Assembly: GCF_009914755.1 (NCBI RefSeq)
Contig: NC_060944.1
Strand: one strand, 5' to 3'
DNA: 64,000 nucleotides
DNA from: the human T2T-CHM13v2.0 reference genome, Homo sapiens
The translations under genes and the position numbers were made by a program. This document shows, piece by piece, positions 14,435-27,697 of the stretch (positions are counted from its first letter, which is position 1; every line of letters begins with the position of its first letter). The notes beneath the pieces were generated by a model. It did not search any database and was not told where the DNA came from. It saw nothing but the letters and a program-made list of their open reading frames with translations.

Positions 14435-14837
14435 CATCGTGTCCACAGATGGGGTGCTAAAACGAGAGGAATTTACATTCTCATCCTGCTGGAGGCCATG
14501 AGTCTGGGCTCATGAGTCTGGGCTCAAGGTGCGAGCTGGGTTGGTTCCTTCTGAGGCTGGGCCGGGATTGTTCCAGGCCTTTCTTGTGGCTTGTAGATGG
14601 CCATCTTCTCCCTGCGTCTCTTCACATCGTCTTCCTTCGACGCAGGTCTGCGTCCAAATATCCCCTTTCTATGAGGATACTAGTCATGCTGGATGAGGGC
14701 CCACCTGAATGGCCTCATTTTAACTTGATGACCTCTGCAAAGACCCTGTCTCTAAATGAGGTCACACATGCTGAGGCCCTGGGGGTCAGGACTTCAACAT
14801 ATGGATTTGGGTAGGGGACACAATTCAACCGGCAGCA
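14435..14837 (-). mobile_element. MaLR solo LTR (MLT1B-like)
   Basis: GGCCTCATTTTAACTTGATGACCTCTGCAAAGACCCTGTCTCTAAATGAGGTCAC...GGACTTCAACATATG...ACACAATTCAACC. Confidence 0.8.
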
Positions 14838-16059
14838 CTTACTGAAGATCACATGGCTGGTGGAGAAGGGACCTTGTGCGGCCTCTATTAATAGATTCTC
14901 ATATTAAAAGCTAAGTCTCATGCAGAGAAGCAGAATTCCCTGTACACACACCTCAATCATTTCTCTCCCTTCTCGGCAGCAACAACCATTATCGGTTTGT
15001 GCATCTCTCCAGATCTTTTCCTCTGGGGGCATATGCATAAATATATGTCCCGAGGAGGGGTGCGGTGGTGGGCTGTTTTTAAAATAAAATTCAAATCCCT
15101 GTTATGATGAAAAACTGGCTAATGAAAATTATGTTTCAAAACAGACTGAGGCGTTTTCATGCTAACTATGGCGTTCTTTGTCTCATTTGCAATGGAAAAG
15201 TCCCTTGTTTCAAAAAAATACATTATTAAGAGGCCTTACAATACAAACCACATTTTCCAATTCAATAGTGTACAAGGTCAGCCAAGCAAAGACAATGCAA
15301 GCTAGCTTCAAAAGCGTCTTGATAAAGAGTGAAATTTGTTCGGAAGGGCAGCATTCTAATCCAAGCCGTGGGGTAGGCTGGTTGTGGCGTTGCTGAAATT
15401 TCAGCCTCCAAAATGAACCCCTTCGGTAATTGAGAACCTATTAAAGGAGCTTAAATGCAGTTTCAGATATTGCATTTCCTGATTAACAAGGATATAATTT
15501 CTTGAAGAAAGAAAGAAAAAAAGGATTCTGTTAATATCATTGGTTTTCCTGAATCGGCCCTTGTACAGGAAGAAAGGCCAGGGGCTGCTGGCCTGGGGGG
15601 AAGCTGATAGGGACCACTTGGGCGGGAAGAGGGTGTTGAGGGCCCGGCAGGGCAGAGGGAGGAGGTCCGGGAGAGTCTGTCTGGCCTGGCCACCTGAGTT
15701 CTGTTTGGACTTTGAGACCAGCTGAAGCCACACCTCCCAGCCTGATAACCTTGGCCTCCACCTGCAGTCAGCCTCCCTGGTTGCGGGTGCTGAGCTAGAG
15801 CCATCTCTAGAAAATGCCTCCTCCTCCTCTGTCCAAAAGCTCCTCCGTCATTGGAGACACATCCCCATGTGCCCTCATGGCGGGCATCATCTGCAGCCCC
15901 TGGCACTGCTTTTGGCCCCCTGAGGCCATGGGCACCTGCCTCACATCTCTTCCTCCCTTCTTGGAGTCTCATCTCCATCCCACGTCTGTGGGTGGCTGGT
16001 TCCCCCCTTGGCTGCAGAACCCTTTAACTTCTCATTTCATTCCAATAATGAGGACACAA

Positions 16060-16410
16060 TTTTGGCTGCTCTGATGCAGACCCACAGTAAAAGTCACCGC
16101 AGTGAGGTGGAACTTGACTTTTCTTCTGCGGGAGGGACAGTTGGGGCCAGTGCGATGGCTCTGCCCAGGTTCCTTCTGGTGTGTGGCTCTGCCTCATCCC
16201 TAGGTGTGACCTTCATCGGCATGGTCCAGCTGAGCTCACAGCAGGTCTGTATTTCTACCAGGGGAAGGAAAACAGGGGCTGTGTGTCCTCCTGGTGGCCA
16301 CACTACTGGCCACACCTAGCTGCAAGGGAGGTGGGGAAACCTTCTACCACCTCTGGACGGCCACATGGCCAGCTAAGACAGGGCTTTGCCACAGTGAGAG
16401 AGGACGGGAA
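16060..16410 (-). mobile_element. Old MaLR LTR fragment (MLT1J-like)
   Basis: TGGCCACACCTAGCTGCAAGGGAGGTGGGGAAA motif; highly diverged. Confidence 0.5.
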
Positions 16411-18275
16411 TGGAACCCAAGGGAAGCCTGCAGCATCCCCACACCTCCCCTCAGTTATCCACACCTATGGCGACACCTGTCTAGGAGGAATTTTCTCCTG
16501 CAATAACCCTCAGCCTCCAGTTTCCCAGTCTCTTCTCATGCCAGCCTTACCTCTGCAATTTGGTCTCAAAAATACCGATCACCCCATTCCCACTTCCTTG
16601 CCCTCAAGAGCTGTTGGATTGGGCACCAGAACTGCCCTTGGACAAGCTGTGGCTCCTTCCTCCCTCCATCCACCTCAGTGCCCTTCCCAAGCACGTTCAT
16701 AGGAAGGGGCTCCTGGCCCCTACCTGCTCCTGCTCTGTGGGCAATGCCCCTTCACACCCTGCTTCCACCCCAGGACAATGGAACTGCACCCTCAGAGGGA
16801 GGGCACCCCTGTGCCAAACACCCCACCCATCCCTGTCTCTCCTCTCTCCAGCTTCCCTCCCTAGCCCCATCTCCCTCTCTGTCTCTCTTGAGTCTTCAAC
16901 CTCTTTTTTTTCTCTCATAAGTATGCAAACCTGCTCCACTGTCTCTCACCGTCCCTGGCCTCCCTTTGTTCATTTACTCTTTCAACAGATATTTTGTATG
17001 TGTGCCTACTACAGACTGGGCACTTCCATCTCACACCAAGATTGTTTTTTTAAAAAAACACATGTAAATATTTTAGTTTTCAAATAGAGCTGGAGCCTAG
17101 AAAAACAAAAACAAATTCCAAAGTGCTCTACACTGAACGGCATAAGGTGAAGCTTCTTTCTCCTTCTACCCTAGTCCCTCCCTCCCAAAGCAAAAATTAT
17201 TATCAGATTTTTCAGCATTTTTTCTGGGGGAAAATGCATATGTGAATTTAAAGCACTCTGTTTTGATTTTTTCACTTAATTTGTAGAGACAGTTTCCCAT
17301 TGACACAAAGTCATCTTTCTACTACGTTCTCTTTCTGGCTGTAAGATGTTCCCATCTGTGGACGCATCACAACGGATTCAGTCAGCATCTAATGAGGGGC
17401 ATGCTGAGTCTTCTGGCATTTGCTACCCTCCCACCCCAAGCATGAACGTCACCAGTGGGATCCCGGGGGTCATATCCGGCCCCGCTCTGGGCCAAGGGCA
17501 TCCTGATGGCTCTGTTTGTGTTCACCTCTCCATCCCCAGCCCCAGTCCTGCACCTGGCCCATAGCAGGTCCTTGGAAATGCTTGAGAATGAAGCTTCACA
17601 AGCTACTTGCCATATTCTCTCATTTAATCCTTTTGGCAGTGTTTTAGTGTTTTGAGATAGGGAAGTGTCATGCCCTCTCTTTACAGGAGGGGACACCAAG
17701 GCTCCTTGTCTCTCCCTGTCCACCCAATGGCTTTCCTTTCGGCTCACACCCTCACCACAGCCACCCACGCTCTGAGGACATCCCATCCTTCCTCCAGGCC
17801 ACACCTTTGACTACCCCCGGACATTCATCCTGGCTAAGGAAGCCACCGTCTACCAGGAAAACCCTTCGCTGCACTCCCCACTAGCCAGTTGCCCAGTCCA
17901 GGGAGTTTTGCCTTTTGTGGGCTCTCCAAGCTGTCCACTTCCCCCAGCCCTCCCACTCCTCCAGATGCACCCCAGCTTTGGGTGAAGCCATCAATCCTGG
18001 CCACTGCTACCCAGGCTCCCTGAGGGTTAGCACTCTGCCAGGTACCCCACAGTGTGACATGTGACATGCCCACTTTAAAGATGAACCCCTGGGAACCCCT
18101 CCTTGAGGCTAAGATCTGGAATACTACCAGTCTTATTGAAACCTTCTGTCCCATCCCCAGGGGTAACTTTAGTCCTGAAGTTTGGACAAGTCATTCCCTT
18201 GAATGATTATGATGGACCAGATAGTCTACAGTGTCTACCTTTAAATATATTTCTTTTCTTGTTTGTAAGAGCCTC

Positions 18276-18685
18276 TGTTGGTGGCTGAACTGTATTCTCC
18301 CCAAATTCTTATGTTAAAGCTGTAACCCCCTGTACCTCAGAGCATGACTGTATTTGGAGACAGGGCTTTTAAGGAGGTGATTAAGTCAAAATGAGGCCAT
18401 TAGAGTGGGCCCTAATCCAGTCTGACTGGTGTCCCTGTAAGAAGAGGAAATTTGGACACACGGAGAGACACCACTGATGTGTACCCACAGAATAATGGCC
18501 GTAGAGGGCACAGCTAGAAGACGGCCACCTACAAGCCAGGGAGGGCAGGCTCTGCAGAAACCAACCCTGCAGACACCTTGATCTCTGACTTCCAGCCTCC
18601 AGAGCTGGGCAAGAAAGAATTTCCGATTTGTGTGAAGCCAGACAGTCTGTGTTCTTTGTTATGGCAGCCATAGAAAGCAAATACA
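18276..18685 (+). mobile_element. MaLR solo LTR (MSTD/MLT1A-like)
   Basis: TG...CCCCAAATTCTTATGTTAAAG...GGGCCCTAATCCAGTCTGACTGGTGTCC...TTTGTTATGGCAGCC...AATACA. Confidence 0.85.
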
Positions 18686-18689
18686 GACC

Positions 18690-19640
18690 TCCCATCCAGT
18701 TCATCTCCAAGTCCTGACAGTTCCACCTCCACACGCACAGGGGAAGGGTCTCACCTCTCTCTAACCCTACAGATATAACCAAGCCACTGTCACCACTTTC
18801 CATGGATGCATTTCCACTCAGCAACCAGAGAGCCTTTTTGAGCCCGAAAACCTGCCTCTGGCTTTCCAAAGCCCTTAAGCTTGGCTGTGACCCTCTTCAT
18901 GGCCTGCTCATCCTGTCCTCTTGTCCCTTTACTCTCTAGCAGCCATCCTGACTTTCCTTCAGTTGGTTCCTCTCATCCTGGATCTTCTAGCGCTGGCTCC
19001 TTTTCATCTCTTAGGACTGGGCTGCAATGTGGCCTACTTGGAGAAGCCTTCCAGATATGCCCCATCTAATAGCCCACCTCCCTGGTCACTCTCCCCACTC
19101 CCTTTCTCCTCTCCTCTCACAGTGCTTGTCACCATCTGCCATTGTCTTGTGTTTTTTTGTTTTGTTTTGTTTTGAGTCAGAGTCTCACTCTGTCACCCAG
19201 GATGGAGTACCCTGGTGCGATCTCGGCTCACTGGAACCTGTCTCCAGGGTTTGAGTGATTCTCCTGCCTCAGCCTCCCAAGTAGCTAGGATTACAGGTGC
19301 CCACCACCATGCCAGGCTAATTTTTGTATTTTTAGTAGAAAGGAGGTTTCACCATGTTGGCCAGGCTGGTCTTGAACTCCTGACCTCAAGTGATCCACCC
19401 GCCTCGGCCTCCCAAAGTGTTGGGATTACAGGCGTGAGACACCGCATCTGGCCTTTGGTGTATTTGTTTTCTAATCTGTGTGTCCTACCTCTGCCCCATA
19501 CCACCAACTAGATTGCAAGTCCCATAAGGTCCATGCCAGGCTCATTTTGTTCCCTGTTATAACCCTGGGGTGTAGAACAGTGCCAGGCACGTAGTCAGCA
19601 CCCACTGAATGCTTGTTGAAGAACTGAATACTTGAATGAA
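18690..19640 (+). mobile_element. L2 3' fragment interrupted by an AluS
   Basis: Ends with AGAACAGTGCCAGGCACGTAGTCAGCACCCACTGAATGCTTGTTGAA...TGAATGAA, the L2 3' terminus. Confidence 0.7.
19148..19452 (-). mobile_element. AluS (AluSx-like)
   Basis: Dimeric Alu in reverse with a (TTTTG)n tail. Confidence 0.92.
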
Positions 19641-22260
19641 GAGACATTCTCACCACTGAGTTGAAGTTATAGGACGTTATCTACAAACATAGTAAAGACA
19701 TGCTTACTCATTTAAGCTCTCCTAAATTAGAATTTGAAGTAGAGAGAGAAAGAAGTTTGTCTTTGTATTTAAGCAGAACAAAAAAAAAAAAAAGAAAAGA
19801 ACTTTCTAAGCAAATTATCTATGTAAACAGGGAATATGTTTCGCCCACTTAATAATGAAGTCCAGCAGCTCTGGTCGCAAACACTCTTAGAAGCTCTTTA
19901 GCAATAAATATGCAAATTACAAATTATTCCACGTTCTTGTTGAAGCTCTTACAGGGCTCTAGAGACTCAGGGGCCCAACCTCTCTTCCTTAGGTCCCCGT
20001 CAGCAACAATAATGAATGTCCTGGGTGGCAGTGGACGTGACTCTTTTTATGGGACCGGAATTCCGACTTTTCCGGAAGTCAGGCTTCCCCTAACCACCAT
20101 CAGAGGCAGAAATGCACGTCTCTGAATTTCCCTAAGGCAGCATTTACAGTCCCTGAAAGGTTGGGGGTGGGGTTTCCTAGCAAAATGCAGCTAGCCACGC
20201 AATCATGTAGGTTATGATCTTCTCAGAGATTTTGATGGTTACCTTGAAGTGATTTCCTGCGAGAGGCAGACGGAAATGCAAAAGTATTGCAAGACTGTGG
20301 GAGAAACAACAAATCCAAATGCTGATCATCATAAAAGCCCAGGTACTTTCACTCACTGGCAAGTTGGTCTTAATTTCAGTCTGTGGTTTGCTGTTAAGGA
20401 AATTGGAGTCCATCAGAATTTGGTTAAAGCTGATGGGCCAAACAGTAGACTTCAGCTTCAAACTATCTAGAAACCACACCCAACCATGAAAAACACATGT
20501 TAAAGCAACTCTAAATGTACATTTCAAAGAACAAGTAATTTTGTTTCACTATGGCCACTGGTAATTCCAGGCTAAATACAGCCATGTCGTGCTCTCCTGT
20601 ATCTACATATACTTTTGGAAAAGAGTAGAGTTGGGTATGAGCTATTGCTTTTCCTCCCTCTTTCTATATGATTTAATATTGAGGCTTGGGGAAGGCAGCT
20701 CAGATTTTGTTTTTAACGCACACTGAGCTCTAGGGGTAGTGAAAAACAGGGGTGTACAGCACATATACTATTTAGCTAACTGTTCAGAGGGCATGGTCTC
20801 AAACTTTGTAGGCATATAGGTTAGCTGCTTTGGTTGTAAGCAACAGAAGCAACATCTGACTCATGTAAGCTAAAAAGGGACTTCTTGGATGGGCATGGAT
20901 CCAAGGGATGCTCTGGGAGTGCAGTTGGTGGGAACCACTCTGCACTTTCTCCAGGACACTCCGTGGGCAGAATGTGCTTAGCTTCTGGTCACTGCCCTTA
21001 AAGTTCAAAGTCCTGGAGCAAGCATCCCATGAGCCCATCTGGAGACTCACACCTCAGGTGGAGATGAAGCACCTTGACTGACAAGTCCTCTAGGACTGGA
21101 GTCAATGAAATTCTGCTATAGCAAAAGAAGGAGGAATGGAGCCCAGGCAGGCAAAACTGGTACCTGTCCACTGCAGTTTTGTTTCTAGCAGAGAAGGACT
21201 TGAGATGGGGGAGAGGAGACAGCAGATTGCTCAGGGCAAAGTCTCCATGGCTAATGGTATCAACAAGTAGCCCAATGCATCTCCCTGGCTTTGGTAAAGG
21301 ATCCAATCTTCCCTGGCTCTTCTCTGTGATGAGCAAGAGGTCTTCTTGCCTCTGAGACAACCATGTGAACAGACTGTTAGCACCTCAGGGCCCCCAGGGA
21401 GCAGTGAGTTCTGGGCTTATTGGGTCTGCCCTTTCACGCATTCTGGATGGTTCCTAAGCAGCCATGAGGCCATCAGGTGGCAGTCTTCCCAGGCTTCTGC
21501 TTCTTCAGAAGCATCCTAGCCCAGTAGCGTCTATTTCTTCAGGTGTCAAGTGGTGATAAATAGCAGTACCTAAACCACAAGACAGTTGTGTAGAAATAAT
21601 ATAATGCTCCTACAGTGTTTCATAATGGCAAGTGCCCAATGGACGTTAGGTATTGCTGACATTGATCCACCCACAGCTACAGTGTAGCCTCAGTCACCCT
21701 AGTGGGGTTCCAGTTCCCTGTTCTGAAGCCCCATCCACAAGACTGAGGGCACCTTTGGCAAGCACCTCTCCTCACAGCAGGGAGGGCACAGGGCCTTATC
21801 TAAACATCTAGATGTTTGGGGCCCCGATGTTCCCCAAATCCATTCCCAGGAACATCGATCTGCCTAAGAGCATCTGGACTACCCAGGACCCCCAGTTCTG
21901 TAGGTGATCCCACTTCTGACACCAGGACCAAGTCCTGCAGCCAGGTCAGGTTTCACTTCTCCAACCTCAACCTCTGTTACATTTCTAACCAGCCTCTCTT
22001 GCTGAAGTCCTAGCAAATTCAGGAGGTTACAAAACTGTGAAGCTGTAAACCCAGCTCTTTTCCTTGAACCCCCAGCCTCAGATGGAACTGATCCTATAGA
22101 AAATACAGAGAAAAACATAGAGACAAAGAAAGAATTTTCTCATAATTCCCCCTCCCAGAGATAACTGCTCATTTCATATGTTTTCTTTTTTTTATTTAAA
22201 AAAAGGATGCCTCCTCCATGAAAACATAATTAGAATCAAATATACTATATTGTGTTTCTT

Positions 22261-22418
22261 TTTAAGTTTTTTACAAATTATTATTATTTTTATTTTTTGT
22301 GGAGACAGGGTTTCCCTTTGTTGCCCAGGCTCATCTTGAACTTCTGAACTCAAGTGATTCTCCCACTTTGGCCTCCCAAAGTGCTGGGATTACAGGCATG
22401 GGCCACTGTGCCTGGCTC
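22261..22418 (-). mobile_element. Free left Alu monomer (FLAM-C-like)
   Basis: Monomer flanked by the 12-bp TSD ATTGTGTTTCTT (22249-22260, 22419-22430). Confidence 0.88.
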
Positions 22419-22725
22419 ATTGTGTTTCTTGTTCTAACATTATGTCATAAATATCCTCCCATGTCAGTCCATTTTTTTTGGATATATAATTTTTTATGTA
22501 TGCATAATTCCTTCAAGATGTATTTAAGTCATTGCCTGTTGTTGGGTATTTAAATTTTGGCCTCCTGACCTCCCTTCCCTCTCTGGAACCCTGGATATGG
22601 TTTGGCCCTGTGCTACTCACCTTTCAACTGTTGGATGATCATGTTACTTCTCAAATTCCATTTCCCAGAAACACCTGGTGCCATCCCACCCACCAGAGTG
22701 GGCCCTTTGGATACAACACTAGGCA

Positions 22726-23158
22726 TTTTGGACAGAATTGCAACACTGCAAAATATATGCTGAAGTCCTAACTCTAGTACCTCAGATTGTGACCTTATTT
22801 GGAAATAAGGTCACTGCAGGTGTAACTAATTAAAATGAGGTCCTACTGGAGCAGGGTGAGCCCTAAATCCAATATGACTGGTGTACTTATTAGAAAAGGA
22901 GATGAGACACAGTGATAGAGACACACAGGGAGAAGAGGTCCACATGGCAATGGAGGTAGGAACTGAAGTGATGGGTTTAAAGCCAGGGAATGCCAAGGAC
23001 TGCTGGCAAATACCAGAAGCTGGAAGAGGCAAAGAAGATTCCCTTCTACAGGCTTCAGAGGGAGCATGGCCCCACTGATACCTTGATTTTGGATGTCTGT
23101 TGTTCCAAGCCCCCCACTTCATAGTACTTTGTTATGACAGCCCCAGGAAACAAACACA
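22726..23158 (+). mobile_element. MaLR solo LTR (MLT1C-like)
   Basis: GTGACCTTATTTGGAAATAAGG...CCCTAAATCCAATATGACTGGTGT...GCCAAGGACTGCTGGCAAATACCAGAAGCTGGAAGAGGCAA...TTTGTTATGACAGCCCCAGGAAACAAACACA. Confidence 0.85.
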
Positions 23159-24049
23159 AACTCCCCAAATCCCCACTTCCCAGAAACACCTAGTACCGTC
23201 CTAGCCACCAGAGTGGGCCCTTTGGATACATCCCCAGGCAAAAGCAACCTGAGTCCCCTTGCACCTCTGGAAGCAGGAATTTGGGCTTCTCACCTCTTTA
23301 CCCTTCTGTATACCCCCATCTTCCTCTGACCCATCCAGACACCATTTCTGTCTCTTTCTCTCCAGCCAAGCTCCTGATATCCCAGAAGGAGAAGGTGGCC
23401 TTGTAGCCACCCAGAAGAAGCAATGTAGCAGGTCCAAAGGCTGGAATCTGTAGGGCAGTGTCCTGTCACCTTTGCAAATGGTATGAGTGACATCTACGGA
23501 GGACTTGCTCTGTGTCTGCTGTGCAGTGAACTTCCCACATGGACACTCTTATCTACTCAAGCAGCCCCATGGGTTAAACATCATTTTGCAAAGGAGGAAA
23601 CTGAGGCATGGAGGGATTAAGTGGTGGGGCAGTCAATGGAGCAGCTGGAATGTGAGCCTGGGCAATTGAATTCCGGAGCCCAGCCCATTCTGCAGTCTTT
23701 GCAGATGAACAATTAGGATCCTTCTCTCTTCAACAACTCTCAGATTAACATTTAATTGGGGTTTTAAAAAGCTGTTCTTGTTAGCATGTCTGTGGTCTTC
23801 TACTGCAATCTTCCCCATTAAGCCATGTTATATAAACAGTCAGCTCAGATGCCTCAGAGTGTGTGTGTCTCCTGGTGCCCAGATTTTGCTTTAATTCATG
23901 GTGCTTTCAAAGGCATCAGGGCAGGGAGGTATTTGCATGAACTTGGAGCTGAACTTTCACTGGAGGGTGGCAGTTGAGGCAAGAAGCTTGGTGGTCCACA
24001 AATCTGGGTTGCTGGGCTTGCTGGCTGGATGACTTGAGTGCCTGGTATC

Positions 24050-24421
24050 TGATATGGTTTGGCTGTGTCCCCACTCAAATCTCATCTTGAATTGTAACTC
24101 CCACAATTCCCAGGTGTCATGGGAAGAGCCTGGTGGGAGGTAATTGAATCACGGGGGCAGGTCTTTCCTGTGCTGTTCTTGAGATAGTGAATAAGTCTCA
24201 CGAGATCTGATAGTTTTTAATAAAAGGAGTTTCCCTGCACAAGTTCTCTCTCTTTGCCTGCTGCCATCCTTGTAAGATGTGACTTGCTCCTCCTTACTTT
24301 CCACCATGATTGTGATGACTTCCCAGCCATGTGAAACTGTAAGTCCATTAAACCTCTTTCTTTTGAAAATAGCCCAGTCTCGGGCATGCCTTTATCAGCA
24401 GGGTGAAAATGAGGTAATACA
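24050..24421 (+). mobile_element. THE1 solo LTR (THE1A/B-like)
   Basis: TGATATGGTTTGGCTGTGTCCCCAC...AATAAGTCTCACGAGATCTGAT...CTTTATCAGCAG...TAATACA. Confidence 0.9.
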
Positions 24422-24809
24422 ATGTCCATGGCATAGAGAGGTTGTGAGGATGAAATGAAGTAATGTGCTAGCACAGTGTTCTAGCTGTCTTTTTTCTCTG
24501 AGGTAAGTTGGTCTTTCTCCCTCTCCCTGACTCTTTCCCTTCCTCTCCTTCTCCCTCTGCCACATACGCACACCCACCCACACCCCCACACACACACCCC
24601 GACACACACACAGTGGTAATTTATGGTAGGAATATCTGACCATCTGTTCTCCCCTCTGGGGAATATATACACTTGCTAATAGCCCATGCACCCTTGCACA
24701 GGTTTCAATGGAGTGAACATGAAAGAGAAGAGAAACAGCAACTTCTGTTTCAGGAAGCTTGGGTGAAAAAACAGCAAGCTGAAAAAAAATTGCAACACAT
24801 ACAAGAGAC

Positions 24810-25190
24810 AGCTAGTTTTCTGAATATAAAGAGCACTTACAAATCAATAAGAAAAATGGTTTGAATCTCCCATATGATGACAGCACAAACATGTGACCAG
24901 GCAGTTCATTGGAAAAGCAATATGAGAGGTCTATAACACACAAACATTTGCTTCTCCTTGCTCATAATTATAGGAATCCAAATCAAAACCACCAAGCATT
25001 GCCACTGGCATGATTTTTAAGAAGTAATAATACAAGGGTTAGTGAAGATGTAAGAAATGAGTGCTCTCCTAGGTCACCCATGGGGGTGGTGCTGGTACAA
25101 CTCATTTGGAAAAAAAGCTGGTGGGAGAATTTAGCAAACACACTTTGCCACGGCAATTCCACTGCTAGGTATTTCCACTAAAATTTGCAG
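24810..25190 (+). mobile_element. Old L1 (L1ME-type) 3' fragment
   Basis: TACAAATCAATAAGAAAA...AATCAAAACCAC...GGCAATTCCACTGCTAGGTATTT. Confidence 0.65.
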
Positions 25191-25953
25191 GTGAAGGGGA
25201 GGCTGGCAGCAGGGAACAGAGTTCTAGGCAGAAGAAACAGCCTATGCATGCATATGGAGGTTGTGGTGGGAAGGAATGCAGCTGATGGACAGGCTGGTGG
25301 GCTCTGAGTGACTGCTTCATGGTGGTGCTTCCAGCCCAGCAGCCACTATCCTCCCTAAGAAGAAAGAGAGGTTATCTGTGAAGTGTGTGGAGATGACTGT
25401 CACATGGGGATCAAGGAGCACAGGGAGGGGAGAGCACAGAGAGAGTGAACATGGCTGAGACTGTGTCCATAAATCAAGAGAGACTCCAGCTGATGTGCTT
25501 TACATCTTGACAGCATACAAGGCTTTTAAATCTCAAAATGCCCCCTGAAGTGGTTGACATCCTCGATTAGATGTTGGCATTGGTGGTGGGGGGAAGAGAT
25601 GAGGACAATGGAGCAGAGGACTGGCGGAGGGGAGGTGGCTGGGGAGGCCCTGGAGGAGCTGAGGAGGGCCTCTGCGGCAGGGCCCTTCAGTGCAGCTGTG
25701 ACTGGGGTTCCCGTCTGCCACTGCTTACACTATGTTGGGTATATGAGCGATTACTGAGTACCTACTATGTGCCAGGCACTGTTCTAGGGACCCGGGAAAG
25801 AACTGTCGATAAAACAGGCCAGGCCTTCTTCTTGTGCAGCCTACTTTGTAGTGAGGAACAGACTGTAAACAGGGAAACAGGTAATGATAGGCCACGGTGT
25901 ATGGAGAGTGAGGGGTGCCGTGCAGAAAGGCAGAGCGGGGTACTGGGAAAGAC

Positions 25954-26070
25954 TGTGTGCACATGCGTGAGTGTGCATGAGTGTGCGTGAGTGTGTGTGA
26001 GTGTGCATGTGTGTCTGTGTGCGCACGTGTGTGTGCATGTGCATGCGTGTGTGTGTGTGTGTGTGTGTGT
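25954..26070. repeat. (TG)n-rich microsatellite within a reverse-oriented L2 (about 25740-26350)
   Basis: Visible TG/CG/CA alternation ending in a pure (TG) run. Confidence 0.9.
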
Positions 26071-26449
26071 GGAGTCAACGAGTCAATTTTAGCCTTCCTT
26101 TAGCCTTCTGGGAAGGCCTCTCAGAGAAGGTAACATCTGAGTAGATACCTGAGTGGAAGAAGGAGCCAGAAGAATGTTCCAGGCAGAGGGAAGAGGGCGT
26201 GAAGGCCCTGAGGGAGTCGTGCTGCCTATGTGGAGGCCAAGCCAGGAGCTGCCCAGGTAGTTGGTGCTGAGTGAGGAAGCAGGCAGGACCAGGGCGGGCC
26301 GGGTGCTGTGAGCCACGTCAGGGCCTTTGGATTGGGCTTTACTCAGGGGTACTAAAATCCTTCTCGTTTCCCTGATGATGAAACTGAAGACGACACTATG
26401 ATATCAATGGGCACAGACGGTACCTTTAGCTTTGCCTGTCCAAGTTTCC

Positions 26450-26670
26450 AGTTTGCAAATGAGTCTTAGCTATACCCCTGCCTAGCTCTCCTTGGGCAAG
26501 TCACCTACTTCTCTGGGCCTCAGTTTCTTCATCTGTCAAACGGGAGTGAAAACCTCCACCTTCCAAGAGTGTTGTAAGACGGGACTAACAACTCACCTCA
26601 AATGCTGCTGTAAGTCAGGAGCTGAGCCTGGGCCCTGGTGGACACAGAGAAGGCTCAGTAAGTATAGCCC
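26450..26670 (+). mobile_element. MIR
   Basis: CCTTGGGCAAGTCACCTACTTCTCTGGGCCTCAGTTTCTTCATCTGTCAAACGGG core. Confidence 0.8.
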
Positions 26671-27241
26671 ATCACTGTCACTGTCATTATTACCAGGCTC
26701 TGAATGGGGGCAGGGAGAAGTGAGGGACCAAAACAGCCATTGATAGCACATGTGCTGGCTTACGGTTAGAGACTTTCAGGGCTGGAAGCAAATCTGGGCC
26801 AACTCCTAGCCAGTGCTACTCGCATCATCCAGCTAGATTCTTGGATGCCTCCAGTGATCGGGAATTCACTACTTCTAGAGGCATCTCATTCTTACCCTGC
26901 TTTACATCCTTCAGTGAACACTCCATTGCTCTTAATATAAAGTCCAACTCTTTTCTGAGGCCCCACAACCCTCCAGGAACCAGCCCCTGCCAACCCCTGA
27001 CCTTGTCCACTCTCCACCCCTTGGTCCCTCACTCTCTTTTCTTTTGCATCTAAGCTTTGCACATACTAGTCCTTCTGCCGGGAATTCTGTCTGTTCTGCC
27101 TCCTCCTCATTCAGTTTTTCAAGTTCCAGGTTACATATCACCTTTCTAGGGAGGCCTTCTTGAACCTCCCAGCCTGGGCTAGATACCCCTAAAACTGCTT
27201 GGTAAAGTGCTCATCAGTCTTGTAATTAGTTGCTCATTTAA

Positions 27242-27697
<456 letters not shown>

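Noticed and set aside
22690-22703. CCACCAGAGTGGGC as a CTCF site (also at about 23205)
   Set aside because: It deviates from the CCASYAGRKGGC core at conserved positions and cannot be supported without ChIP data.
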